Position numbers and translations under genes: made by a program. The notes beneath the pieces are model-generated. The model worked only from the letters and a program-made list of their open reading frames with translations, ran no database searches and was not told the origin of the DNA. Source: Pseudomonadota bacterium (lineage in GTDB: Bacteria; Bdellovibrionota; FAC87; UBA2466). Taken from it: 61,421 nt of DNA. The stretch spans positions 1 through 61,421 of the forward strand of contig RFNV01000191.1 in assembly GCA_009927005.1 (NCBI GenBank), in the 5' to 3' direction. Below, piece after piece: positions 8,181 through 17,689 of this stretch (position 1 is its first letter; each line of letters begins with the position of its first letter).

Positions 8181-10283
8181 GTGCCAGTTCTGATTTTTTT
8201 TATTTTTATTATTTCCTCAAAGACTCCCGCGAATTCTTTGCCACAATCGAGTCAGCAGGAACTCAGAAAATTACTGGAAGCAAATAATTGCCTGAGTGTC
8301 CCGACTCTCGCACGCCAGATTCTCGAGAAGGCCCCAGATGATTTGGAAGCCCTCCGGGCAATCGAAAAATGTACTCGGGAAGACAATCGGAACCGCTACA
8401 CGAATAAAGCCAAAGAGATTTTAGATAATTCAAAACTTTTATCTCTGGTGCCCGAGATTTTTCGATTAGGCCAAACCCAGCAGTTAAGTAAAGAAAAGCT
8501 GAGTGTTGCTGACTATCTGGCTTTGAGTGAGTTTTATCAGAAATTAGGAGAGCCCGAAAAAGAGCTTCAAATGCTTGAGGAGGCTCTCAATAAAAATAAA
8601 AATGATCCGCGAATTAAATTAATTGTGGCAAGAAGCCAATTTGATTCCGGGAATCACGAGGCAGCTCGAGCCTCCTATCGCGACTATCTTACAAACAGCC
8701 AGCAGCATTCGGACCGCTTGTATTTTCTGATCTACGTGACTGCGATGGCTTACCCGCTTTTTGTCCTACCCTTTCTCATCAGTTTTCTTTGGGGATTTGG
8801 CTTTGTTCTCAAGTCTCGGATTTTTCAAGTTAATGGAACATCGCCAATTCTTCTTTCAATTGGGCTGGCAACACCTCTAGTGCTTGCTTTCGAATTTCAT
8901 AAAACGGGTTCTGTGATTCCCTTGGGAATTCCGCTGGCGTCTTCACTATTCGCGGGGTGTTTGTGCGTTGGTATTCCCCTTTGGAGACGTTGGCTCGGTC
9001 AGGGTGTAAACACCACGCTCAAGTTGGTTGGCTCCATTCTTAACGGCGTCAAGTTTGCAAGGGTCGTTACCTCTATCCCCACTGGGTGGCGAGTCCTCAT
9101 TTCCTTAGGAACTTTGTTTGTTTTGGGTACAGTGACTCCTCTGATTGAGAAGGGCGACCTTCGTTATGCTTTATCGGGAATCTGCTTGTTTCTGTTTTAC
9201 GGCACTGTGGGTTCTTTGATTGTAACGGTCGTGCGTTCAAGTAAGAGCTTGCAAAATTCCATGCGTTGGATCGGTCTTGCCGGGACTTTACCGTTTGTGG
9301 TGTCCTACGTGATCTCGCATTGGAGCGAGTTGGGACAACCGTTCGTCTATGCGCGCATTCCTTCCAACCAAGCCCTTCAGGGATTTTTTAATTACCTAAT
9401 CTTCTGGGCATTTTCTATGGTATTGGCTCTCCACTTAAGCAAAATTCTTGCAGACGCGTTGATTCAGCCTCTTAAAGAAATTCTGAATAAAGTGGAACTT
9501 ATTGAAGGTGGAAACTTTACGGCACGGGCGACTGCTGTGTCTCAAGATGAGTTGGGAGCGCTTGCTCAAGCAGTCAATCACATGGCAGAAGGCCTTCAGC
9601 GACGAGAATATGTTGAGAAGACCTTTTCTCGATACATCGATCCAAAGTTAGCAGCTCGTATTTTGAGTGGGAATGAAAATGAAGTAAACATTGCTGGGCA
9701 ACGGTTAGTGGCAACGGTTTTATTTGCTGACATTCGAGGATTTACCAATCTTTCAGAACAAATTCCCCCTGAGGAAGTAATCCAAGTGCTGAATTGTTAT
9801 TTTACTAAAATGGTTTCAACCGTAAGGTCCCATGGCGGCGTCATCGATAAGTTTATTGGAGATGCTATGTTATGTGTTTGGGGAGTGCCTCATCCAGTTC
9901 AGAAGGGAACTGAATGTGCGGTTCAGTGTGCCTGGCAAATGCAGAAAGACATGCAGATCTTGAATCAGGAGTTTATCAAAAGAAACATTCCCCCAATTGG
10001 TGTGGGAATCGGAATTCATTTTGGCCCGGTAGTAGCGGGAACCTTAGGCAGTTCTGATCGCATGGAATATACAGTCATTGGAGATGTGGTGAATACGGCA
10101 CAGCGAGTGGAATCGAAGGCTCTTGCAAATACCATTCTTCTTACTCAAGAAGCTTTCGATGAGGTGAAAGATTTGGTTACCGCTCAGTCGATAGGCATGT
10201 TTTCCTTGAAAGGGAAGGCTCTTCCGGTTCCCCTCTGGCAGATCCAGAAACTGAAAGAAGTGGTGAAAGAGGTTGCAGCGTAA
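8181..10283 (+). CDS. Membrane-bound class III adenylate/guanylate cyclase with N-terminal TPR-like region, multi-TM block and HAMP domain
   Basis: HAMP-like LIQPLKEILNKVELIEGGNFTARA..DELGALAQAVNHMAEGL. Cyclase core VATVLFADIRGFTNLSE, GGVIDKFIGDAMLCVWG and YTVIGDVVNTAQRVES. GTG start as given in the ORF track. Confidence 0.85.
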   Translation: MPVLIFFIFIISSKTPANSLPQSSQQELRKLLEANNCLSVPTLARQILEKAPDDLEALRAIEKCTREDNRNRYTNKAKEILDNSKLLSLVPEIFRLGQTQQLSKEKLSVADYLALSEFYQKLGEPEKELQMLEEALNKNKNDPRIKLIVARSQFDSGNHEAARASYRDYLTNSQQHSDRLYFLIYVTAMAYPLFVLPFLISFLWGFGFVLKSRIFQVNGTSPILLSIGLATPLVLAFEFHKTGSVIPLGIPLASSLFAGCLCVGIPLWRRWLGQGVNTTLKLVGSILNGVKFARVVTSIPTGWRVLISLGTLFVLGTVTPLIEKGDLRYALSGICLFLFYGTVGSLIVTVVRSSKSLQNSMRWIGLAGTLPFVVSYVISHWSELGQPFVYARIPSNQALQGFFNYLIFWAFSMVLALHLSKILADALIQPLKEILNKVELIEGGNFTARATAVSQDELGALAQAVNHMAEGLQRREYVEKTFSRYIDPKLAARILSGNENEVNIAGQRLVATVLFADIRGFTNLSEQIPPEEVIQVLNCYFTKMVSTVRSHGGVIDKFIGDAMLCVWGVPHPVQKGTECAVQCAWQMQKDMQILNQEFIKRNIPPIGVGIGIHFGPVVAGTLGSSDRMEYTVIGDVVNTAQRVESKALANTILLTQEAFDEVKDLVTAQSIGMFSLKGKALPVPLWQIQKLKEVVKEVAA

Positions 10284-10285
10284 TC

Positions 10286-11803
10286 ATGATGACCCCACGG
10301 TTAAAAGAATTCCTGGTTCGAGTCCCACTTTATTTTGGTGCCAGCACTTTTCTTGAAGTAACCCAGTATCAACAAATCGGGATTAAGTATCCTTATCCAG
10401 CAGTTACCGAGTTGTGGGTCTTTAAACACCTATTCATTGCAATTCTTATTTCGGCAGCTTTTAGAATAGAAACTATAAGCCATATTGGAAAAAAGATTGC
10501 GGCCTATTATGGCCTTTCTTTTGTCGTGACGGTTTTAATTCACTTGGATTACCCAGGGGTTCGGTTTTGTGGGTATTGGTGCGGGGATCTAGAACCTCTC
10601 GCTATTCCATTTATTGCTATCCGATGCACAATTCAGACAATGATAGTTCTCTGGTTCACGGGCTATGTTCAAAAACAGGCCACTCGATATCGCAGAGCTT
10701 ACACCCTATTCATTATCTCATTGCCGATTTATTTTGTTTTGCGACCTGTCTATTTGAAACATTTAGATAAGACTTATCCGGTGACCTGGTTGTACGATCA
10801 ATCCACCCCCCGAGGAAGCGCGATTTATTTATCCGTTGGCAATTATCAATTTGACGAAGTATTTCCAGAGTTCGAAAGGCTTGCAAAAAAAATTGATAAA
10901 GATCAATGGAAATGGCACTGTTTTCGTTATGGATTTCTTTCCCTTAATAGCCATTTATTCGGAAAAGCCCATGCGGATAGCTGTTACTACTATGCAGCTC
11001 TTTCCTATCGGGATCCAACTCTCTGCTCAAAATTGTATCCTGGATTCAAAGAGGACTGCAAAAAGGATTTAGAAAGAATTCTCGCCGTTGAAAGTTCGAA
11101 GATGGGTCGGGTTATGCAGGTGGCAAAAATGGAACCGGGACTATCGTTATATGAGGCGGATTTTAATCATGGGCCCAACGACAAGCCTTACCTCAAAGTA
11201 TTTAATGCTACATCCAATACCGGCACTTTTAAAAAGTTTGAAATCTTTGGTGGTGTTGATTCCAAAAGCATTCTCAAAGTTGACCAGGTAGAGCTGAGAC
11301 CTGGTGAAATACACAAAATATCTTTGGTGGGACAAAAACAGATTCTAAAGGAACTAGGTTGGGGTCCCCAGTTTACCAATCTTGAGCTAAAGGCCGATGG
11401 AAGGTCTCTGGAAAGACTTCACAATCCCATCTTCTTACCACATTATAAGAAGCTTTGTCTCAAATCATGGAACTTAGACCCTTACAGTCAGGACGAGTTG
11501 TTTGTCGAGTTCTTTAATTTTTCGAATGAGGTTCAAAATACTGAGCGAATCAATATTTCACCTTATGGACTTTTTAGTCACATGATAACGACCAGTACTA
11601 CAGTCCGTCCTCATCAAAGTGTAAAAGTAAATCTTGAAACAATCAGAACAAACTTAAAGGGGCATATTGAAAAACAACGCTCCTCGACGATTCTTTATAA
11701 ATCATTGGTTGTCACTCAGTACTCACAAAGTATTTCGACCCTCGCAGCTGTCGAGGATATTGATAAGGTGCTCGATTTTTGCAAGTCACCTAAGGATTTG
11801 TGA
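10286..11803 (+). CDS. Membrane protein (about 5 N-terminal TM helices plus large soluble domain), unknown function
   Basis: 505-aa ORF starting 2 nt after the cyclase stop. The N-terminus is hydrophobic and the C-terminal about 330 aa have no recognisable motif. Confidence 0.5.
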   Translation: MMTPRLKEFLVRVPLYFGASTFLEVTQYQQIGIKYPYPAVTELWVFKHLFIAILISAAFRIETISHIGKKIAAYYGLSFVVTVLIHLDYPGVRFCGYWCGDLEPLAIPFIAIRCTIQTMIVLWFTGYVQKQATRYRRAYTLFIISLPIYFVLRPVYLKHLDKTYPVTWLYDQSTPRGSAIYLSVGNYQFDEVFPEFERLAKKIDKDQWKWHCFRYGFLSLNSHLFGKAHADSCYYYAALSYRDPTLCSKLYPGFKEDCKKDLERILAVESSKMGRVMQVAKMEPGLSLYEADFNHGPNDKPYLKVFNATSNTGTFKKFEIFGGVDSKSILKVDQVELRPGEIHKISLVGQKQILKELGWGPQFTNLELKADGRSLERLHNPIFLPHYKKLCLKSWNLDPYSQDELFVEFFNFSNEVQNTERINISPYGLFSHMITTSTTVRPHQSVKVNLETIRTNLKGHIEKQRSSTILYKSLVVTQYSQSISTLAAVEDIDKVLDFCKSPKDL

Positions 11804-11804
11804 A

Positions 11805-12566
11805 TTACCCCGGAATGCCAACCCACTGACCAGCCCCTTGGCTGTGAAGGCTGCTTTTAGGATCTGCACAATCCTTGGTTGCTACTGCTTGGTTTACATT
11901 ATGTGTTTGATAGTAAAATAAAGAATACTGATCCGGAGTTCCTTTAACTAAATCACAACGGCCTAGCGCCTGCGGTTCTGGGCAATTTCCCAATGGTCGG
12001 TATTGGCCATTGAACAGATTGCACATCAATTGGTTTCCTCGAACGGTTTCAGGTTTTACGAAATTTTCTCCTGAAAAGGCCAAGCAAATTCCTGCGCTTA
12101 AAGAGGCATCACAAATGCCTCCGCGGGGGTTTAAGCTAAAATAGGCAGCTTTTACAGCTGCTAGCTCTCGTGCTTTTCTTTCAGCTTCCCGGGCTGCAAC
12201 CGCAGCTTGATATTCGGCATAGCCTCGAGTGATTGCTGTGGAGAAAGCCGAAGCTAAATCACTAGGACAAGTTGCTTGGGACCCCATGACTCCAGATTTG
12301 CCCATCTGGTAACCGTTTTCAGCAGTACAGAAGCTTCTTACTCCTACATCATAGCCCCGTTGATATTCGGCATTATTAACGAGAACGCCATGTTCCTGAC
12401 ACGCTTTGGAGTGGCTACTTACTCGGCTGGCTGAAAAGCCTCGAGCCCCATCTTGTCTTCCAATTTCTTGCCAATTTCCGGTTTTACATTGCTGCTCATT
12501 GAGCGTTGCACATGAAAATAGAAAAAAAGATCCTAAAAGTGAACCAATCCAAAAGACATGTTTCAT
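11805..12566 (-). CDS. DUF2799-like lipoprotein with Cys-rich C-terminal half
   Basis: Start moved to MKHVFWIGSLLGSFFLFSCA (lipobox). CKTGNWQEIGRQDGARGF..ACQEHGV..YQRGYDVGVRSFCT..NGYQMGKSG matches the repeated C..W..G..DG..G pattern I associate with DUF2799. Confidence 0.5.
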   Translation of the reverse strand: MKHVFWIGSLLGSFFLFSCATLNEQQCKTGNWQEIGRQDGARGFSASRVSSHSKACQEHGVLVNNAEYQRGYDVGVRSFCTAENGYQMGKSGVMGSQATCPSDLASAFSTAITRGYAEYQAAVAAREAERKARELAAVKAAYFSLNPRGGICDASLSAGICLAFSGENFVKPETVRGNQLMCNLFNGQYRPLGNCPEPQALGRCDLVKGTPDQYSLFYYQTHNVNQAVATKDCADPKSSLHSQGAGQWVGIPG

Positions 12567-12615
12567 ATTTTTCCCCCGCCGTCTTATCGGAGGCTTCACA
12601 TGGTTTCTTGAGGGG

Positions 12616-13494
12616 TTAGATACCCAAGACTTCGCGGCTCCAAGAATCACCAAATTCTTGGCGAATAAAATCTCTCATTTCCGAAGCTTGTTTTGAAGTG
12701 GCGGTTCTGAGTCTGTCTAAGTATCTATTGGATTTTTCTGGCTGCAGAGAACTTCCCTTACTGTCTGAAAGAAGCCTCATCGTTTCTTCGGCTAGAAAAA
12801 TAAAAGCAGTTTTAACGTCTTGAAATGCAGGACTCTGAAAATAGGTGGCATCACACTGCTTGATAGCCATCATCCCGCCCAGAGAATAAATCATGAACTC
12901 CACCGGGCCTGTCATAGAATCCCAACACTCTTTTCCATGGAGGGCTTCAGCTTCGAGATCCGTTCGTCCCCCATAGATATAAGCATTCCATTCGTCCCAA
13001 ATATAAAAGACATCTGTTTCTCCCCAGAGTTTTTTTCCCGTGCTTGGATCAAAGTAAGTCCCCGCATCGGGCTCTTTTCCTTCTTTGGTTTGAATGTAGT
13101 CGTGAAATCTTCCGCCCGCATTGCCTTCGATGCCTCTTAATTCCATCGGAATGAACTGAGCAATCTGGACTCTCTTCGCTCGTGTAGGTTCAAAGTAAAA
13201 AGCCCCATGAAAAGGAACATAAAACGCGGGTTTGTTACTTTTTAGCGACCTCAAGTAACCATTAATTCCGTGAATGAGTTCATGAGCAATGGTGCCTGCA
13301 GGAGTTGTCATTTTGGAAACTTTTTGTCCATCCACGTAGACAACGCCGTCTTCCCACGGAGCCCGGTGCGCATAAACTTCTCTTACAGTAGGTGTTTCTT
13401 TATTCGCGGGAATGGCTTCATTCCATTTTGCATTGGTTGTCGGAGTTAGGGGATGAAAGACCAACCCCACTACTAGACTAAACAAAAGCTTCAT
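12616..13494 (-). CDS. Secreted protein with single HExxH motif (putative zinc metallopeptidase), orphan family
   Basis: Signal peptide MKLLFSLVVGLVFHPLTPTTNA. GTIAHELIHGINGY contains HExxH. I could not identify a third zinc ligand or a family. Confidence 0.45.
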   Translation of the reverse strand: MKLLFSLVVGLVFHPLTPTTNAKWNEAIPANKETPTVREVYAHRAPWEDGVVYVDGQKVSKMTTPAGTIAHELIHGINGYLRSLKSNKPAFYVPFHGAFYFEPTRAKRVQIAQFIPMELRGIEGNAGGRFHDYIQTKEGKEPDAGTYFDPSTGKKLWGETDVFYIWDEWNAYIYGGRTDLEAEALHGKECWDSMTGPVEFMIYSLGGMMAIKQCDATYFQSPAFQDVKTAFIFLAEETMRLLSDSKGSSLQPEKSNRYLDRLRTATSKQASEMRDFIRQEFGDSWSREVLGI

Positions 13495-13606
13495 GAGTCC
13501 CCCAACTTCAATAAAGTGATTGTTTGCGTAACCCTGACTCTAGATCAAAGAAGGAGAAACCCAAAGAAAAAATCGTAAGAGAGCAACGCGATGCGATAGC
13601 GAGAGG

Positions 13607-16600
13607 CTATTTTTGTTTTCCGAGCCAGCGGATCAGTCCAGACTGAATCCAACCGGGCTGAAGCATCAGCCGTCCATTTCTATCGTAGCGGTTATCTGTT
13701 TTGGCTCCTTGGACACCATTTCCAAAGTTTTGGTACGAAAAACGATCTGATGAAAACGGATGCCAGCTGAAGATGCCATCTCGTCCGTAGATACTTCCGT
13801 AAGCATCTGGTGGGGCAAACTGAGCGCCATCGTTTCTTCGAGCATGGGGATTGATGACTCCAAAGTTAGTCCCTGCATTTTGATGACAACGCATACACGA
13901 TGCTTCTGATACTTCTAGTGTGTGTGCTTCATAATTTTTGGGAACAATATGGAAACCGGATTTAGTCGTGGGAGCAAAACTTTCTGTTTCGCCATCTGAG
14001 CGCCATCTTTTATTTAAGGAGCTGTCTAAAGTAGCACCGTCAAGTAATCGGGCAACTTTCTCAGGAGCTAAATCGGGAAGCTCATCGACTCCGCCTTTTC
14101 CGCTATATACGGGAATCGAATAATCCGATGAAACCGATTTCGTAGGCATCTTCTTCGATTTTTCTAAGTGCTCGACCATTCGTTTTAATTCTGGATCGTT
14201 TTGCCAAGCCCCATCGCTGTAGACGGATTTAATTCTGTCTGCAAAAGACTGCGCCGTGGGGAAAGCTTGATAAATATCAGGTTGCCAAGAGGTCGCTCCT
14301 GTTTTGGTTCTTGTTCGGATTTGTAAGACTTTATCTTTACCAGTTGTCGGATCAGTGACGAGAATCATTTCACCCACTACGGTTCCTTCAGGGAACTTCC
14401 AATCAATTTTGTGAGAGTCGATTCCACTAGGAATCGCAAACACATCTTGAGGAACTGTTTCGCCATGTTGAGAGGGGTTTCGAATAAATTTAATCGTCTT
14501 ATAATCTGCATCTGAAGCATTGTGCAGTCCTGCGGGAGCGCCTAAGAGTCCTTTGAAAAATACCTTAGCTGTATCCATGCTCTGTCTGAACAGGTCTTTC
14601 CAACCCAATCGACCGACATTTTCAGGATTGTCCCTGAACTTGAGACCTTCGCCTGCTCCGAGCGTGTCTTTATCGACTTGATAAACTGCAGGTCTTTCTT
14701 TGTCTGTGTAAAACTTGGTCGAGGGGCTACTTAAAACGGAATCAAGAAAAGGGTTTGTGGTTTTGGGGATGCTTCGTTTGAGCTCAGCAAGTTTTTGAGC
14801 ATCCATTTCCTGAGGAGGAACTTTTCCGGGTTCTTCTAATTTGGCTACTTTGCTTAAATCAGTGGTGCCAAAGAGATGTCGATAGAGAGCTTCATTCTCA
14901 GCTGTTGATAAAGAACCGTGGACGGAGCTTTCAGCCATTTTAACAACCATCTCTGGGTTAATAGGCCCATGTTCACTTAACTGTTGTGCAAGACTTTTTA
15001 GGGCTTCCTCTGGATTTGAGGGGAGAATTAACTTTCTTCCCGAGTCAGCAGTGTGGCAGTCAATGCATCTGCCAATAGCGGAATGAAGAGGATTTTTATC
15101 CTTGGCATCTGTTTCTGGGCGCGCATAAGTCTTTTCAAGATCCGGTCTGGGTTCGTGGTCGGCCGGAACGGTTCCAGTAGTTGGGGGCAATGCATTTCTA
15201 AACCCACGATTGTTGAGTTGAGCTCCACTCAGTTGAGGCGCTCCTTGATGAGGCCCAATCTGTTGTTGATGTGTACGTTGTGGTTGAGGTGCACTTAATC
15301 GAGGTAGAGGTGTGGAATCCTGGACCTCAGGTTTGACGGACTGACCTGCCCTGTTTTCACTCTTTAAAAACTCTTCGACATGTTGTCTTTGTTTGGTGGG
15401 AAGTTTGCCCACTTTTTCGCGATTGGCTTGATAGAACTGCCTTAGTCCCGCCTCTGCATCGTTAGAGAGAAAAGAAAGGGTTCCATCAGCTTCTCTTCGA
15501 GCTGCTCTTCGGGTGCCATCGGGCATCCGCTTTAAAAAAATTCCAGTGGGCTCGCTCTTGGGATCTTCTGGTCGTCGATAGTGAAGTCCTTCCTGGTTTG
15601 GAACGGGAGCAAACTGGTAACCATTATAAAGGCCACGCGATGCATTCTGAGAGCCTTGAGAAAAACTTTGTGATTGAGCTTGGGGTTGCGCTTGGGGTTT
15701 TTGAGGTTGCACCTGTGTTTGTGGCACTGGCTGAGGTTTTCTTGCCTTCAGAGCTTGCACTCGTTGTTTGTAAAGCTGACCAACACCGGCACCAAACTGG
15801 GTTTCACCTTGTTTTTTCCAGTTTCCATTTTCATCTAAAGATTTCAATTCAGATTGAGGAATGCCTTCTCGTCGATCGAGTACCGAATCTTCTACTTTGA
15901 TAACTAAAACATCGCTGTCACTTCCAAACTGAGAGCGCAATTCCCCCGCTAAAACACGACAGTATTTGCAACGAGCATCGTTTCCATAACGGATGACGAC
16001 ATGCTTGAAGCCCTTGTTTTTTGCATCTTCCAAAACTCTATCGAGATCGGCCGTTCTCACCGGGCCCACCTCTTTCATTCCCCCTGAAGTACGGGCGGGA
16101 ATTTCCGTTTGAGCGGTTGCTGAGTCGGCTTGAGGCCGAGAACGTAGTCCAGGAACCGTATCTTGACTATGCCCTTGCCCTTGTTGAGAGCCGAGGCCAT
16201 TGGGAAGAGGGCAAACGCCATTAATGCAGCCATTTTCATCGGGAGTTCCAGCACCTGGTTGTCCCCCACCGATTGAACCAAATAAGGGTCTTTGTTGCGA
16301 AGCACTTTGTTGAGGTGCAGTTGGTGGACTTTGCGCGAGCTGTGACTGTTGGCTTAAGTCTTCAGCTTCCGATGAGCTCACAGGGGCTAAACCAAATTGT
16401 GCAAGGTTTGCACGTAATCGAGCGATTGCTTTTTTATCGCAGACGACTGTGAAAGGATCTAAGACTTTGTCAGGAGTTCCATCGGGCAGTCGGGTGAGTT
16501 GCCCATTTTCTCGCTTAGCTTCGTATTCGGATCCAGAGATGGGACAAACAAGTTGGCCCTTCTCATTAAAAACCGGGCCGCCCGAGTCTCCACCGACAAT

Positions 16601-17272
16601 GGCGTACCCTTGAGGGCTAGGAGCGTAAAAGCGGTACATGGCTCCATCTGAGCCATTCACATCGGCAAGAATCTGTGCCCCTTCTCCTCGATTTCCTTGT
16701 GCTTGCCCTTGACGTTTTTGGAGATAAACTCGGCTCGAATTAATAACAGTATTTCCTTGTGAGTCGACGGGAGCTAGAGGAACTGGGACGACGCTCTCGG
16801 CTTTATCACATGGAATATCAAAAACAATGGTAGCGGAATCGCCACGTTGCGGTTCTCGGCTCTGAGCAGCTCGACTCAAGCTGTACTCCTTGGGGATTGA
16901 AATCCACATGCTACTCTTTTGAACTTCTCCAATTCCTAGAAATTCGATGGTTTTAAAATCAGAATCTACACAATGAGCAGCCGTTAAATAGCCAAGTCGG
17001 CACATACCCGCTGGAGAATCCAATTCCTTTTTTGCTACGGGAGTGCTTTGGCAAGAAGCTGCCATGGTTCCGCCGTTTGGTCCACGAATGCCTCGAATCG
17101 TGAGATCCGTGCCTCTCAGCCAGTTTCGAATGCGTGAAAGGGGTCTTCTTCGCTCAGGAGCTAATTGATGCTCCCCTTGAGCGACTCCCCCTAAAATCAT
17201 GAGGGCAAGAACCAAAAAAGCTAGCAAAGAGAGATTTTGAAAAACTCTTTTTGTAGTAATTTCGGGTTTCAT
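13607..17272 (-). CDS. Giant secreted multidomain protein: S1 trypsin-like serine protease + thioredoxin-like CxxC module + C-terminal region with two CxxCH motifs
   Basis: Uninterrupted 1221-codon ORF with an N-terminal hydrophobic signal. Motifs are LTAAHCV and GGDSGGPVF (S1 His/Ser), CKYC in a Trx-like module, Q/P-rich linkers, and CIDCH and CMRCH. Confidence 0.8.
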   Translation of the reverse strand: MKPEITTKRVFQNLSLLAFLVLALMILGGVAQGEHQLAPERRRPLSRIRNWLRGTDLTIRGIRGPNGGTMAASCQSTPVAKKELDSPAGMCRLGYLTAAHCVDSDFKTIEFLGIGEVQKSSMWISIPKEYSLSRAAQSREPQRGDSATIVFDIPCDKAESVVPVPLAPVDSQGNTVINSSRVYLQKRQGQAQGNRGEGAQILADVNGSDGAMYRFYAPSPQGYAIVGGDSGGPVFNEKGQLVCPISGSEYEAKRENGQLTRLPDGTPDKVLDPFTVVCDKKAIARLRANLAQFGLAPVSSSEAEDLSQQSQLAQSPPTAPQQSASQQRPLFGSIGGGQPGAGTPDENGCINGVCPLPNGLGSQQGQGHSQDTVPGLRSRPQADSATAQTEIPARTSGGMKEVGPVRTADLDRVLEDAKNKGFKHVVIRYGNDARCKYCRVLAGELRSQFGSDSDVLVIKVEDSVLDRREGIPQSELKSLDENGNWKKQGETQFGAGVGQLYKQRVQALKARKPQPVPQTQVQPQKPQAQPQAQSQSFSQGSQNASRGLYNGYQFAPVPNQEGLHYRRPEDPKSEPTGIFLKRMPDGTRRAARREADGTLSFLSNDAEAGLRQFYQANREKVGKLPTKQRQHVEEFLKSENRAGQSVKPEVQDSTPLPRLSAPQPQRTHQQQIGPHQGAPQLSGAQLNNRGFRNALPPTTGTVPADHEPRPDLEKTYARPETDAKDKNPLHSAIGRCIDCHTADSGRKLILPSNPEEALKSLAQQLSEHGPINPEMVVKMAESSVHGSLSTAENEALYRHLFGTTDLSKVAKLEEPGKVPPQEMDAQKLAELKRSIPKTTNPFLDSVLSSPSTKFYTDKERPAVYQVDKDTLGAGEGLKFRDNPENVGRLGWKDLFRQSMDTAKVFFKGLLGAPAGLHNASDADYKTIKFIRNPSQHGETVPQDVFAIPSGIDSHKIDWKFPEGTVVGEMILVTDPTTGKDKVLQIRTRTKTGATSWQPDIYQAFPTAQSFADRIKSVYSDGAWQNDPELKRMVEHLEKSKKMPTKSVSSDYSIPVYSGKGGVDELPDLAPEKVARLLDGATLDSSLNKRWRSDGETESFAPTTKSGFHIVPKNYEAHTLEVSEASCMRCHQNAGTNFGVINPHARRNDGAQFAPPDAYGSIYGRDGIFSWHPFSSDRFSYQNFGNGVQGAKTDNRYDRNGRLMLQPGWIQSGLIRWLGKQK

Positions 17273-17381
17273 AAAAGTCCTATGTCAGACAAGTATTCAA
17301 GAACTTTGCCAGGAGGGACCCCGAAAAACCTTCAACCTATCAGATGGTTAGAATTGTTGCGATTGTGAAAAATGGCTACTT

Positions 17382-17408
17382 TGAATACACCTTTTGAGTG
17401 TGTATTCA
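17382..17408. promoter_or_regulatory. 9-bp perfect inverted repeat (TGAATACAC-n9-GTGTATTCA) in the 417-bp intergenic region upstream of the giant protease gene
   Basis: Read directly from the sequence. It lies about 110-135 nt upstream of the 17272 start codon on the minus strand. It is a possible operator or RNA hairpin, and its function is unknown. Confidence 0.3.
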
Positions 17409-17689
17409 TTAAACAAGCTGAATACGGAATGGTTGATCACTTTTACGAATCCAAGCAAGAAGCCGAGCCTGAGAGAGGTGTTTAAAAAGCTCCCCTTGGA
17501 TGATTGACAGTTTTTCCGATTGTTCAAACGGGCATAGGTGAGAGCGAGTGGGGCTTTTCTTAAGGAAATTTCAAAAAATCGAAAAACTTGAGCTGTGAGA
17601 TACCTTTCTCATGATTTTAAGCCCTGCTGAAAACCCCTGCGGGGGCTTTCACCAAACCGTCCCGTCAAAACCCATGATACAAACTTTCT

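Noticed and set aside
13495-13606. Possible terminator between the giant protease gene and the HExxH gene
   Set aside because: Only short CGC/GCG palindromes were found, with no stable stem plus T-run. The genes may be co-transcribed.
17290-17320. Sigma-54-like TGGCAAAGTTCTTGAA (minus strand) upstream of the giant protease gene
   Set aside because: The spacing fits, but the -12 element reads TTGA instead of the conserved TTGC. That is too weak to call without a scoring matrix.
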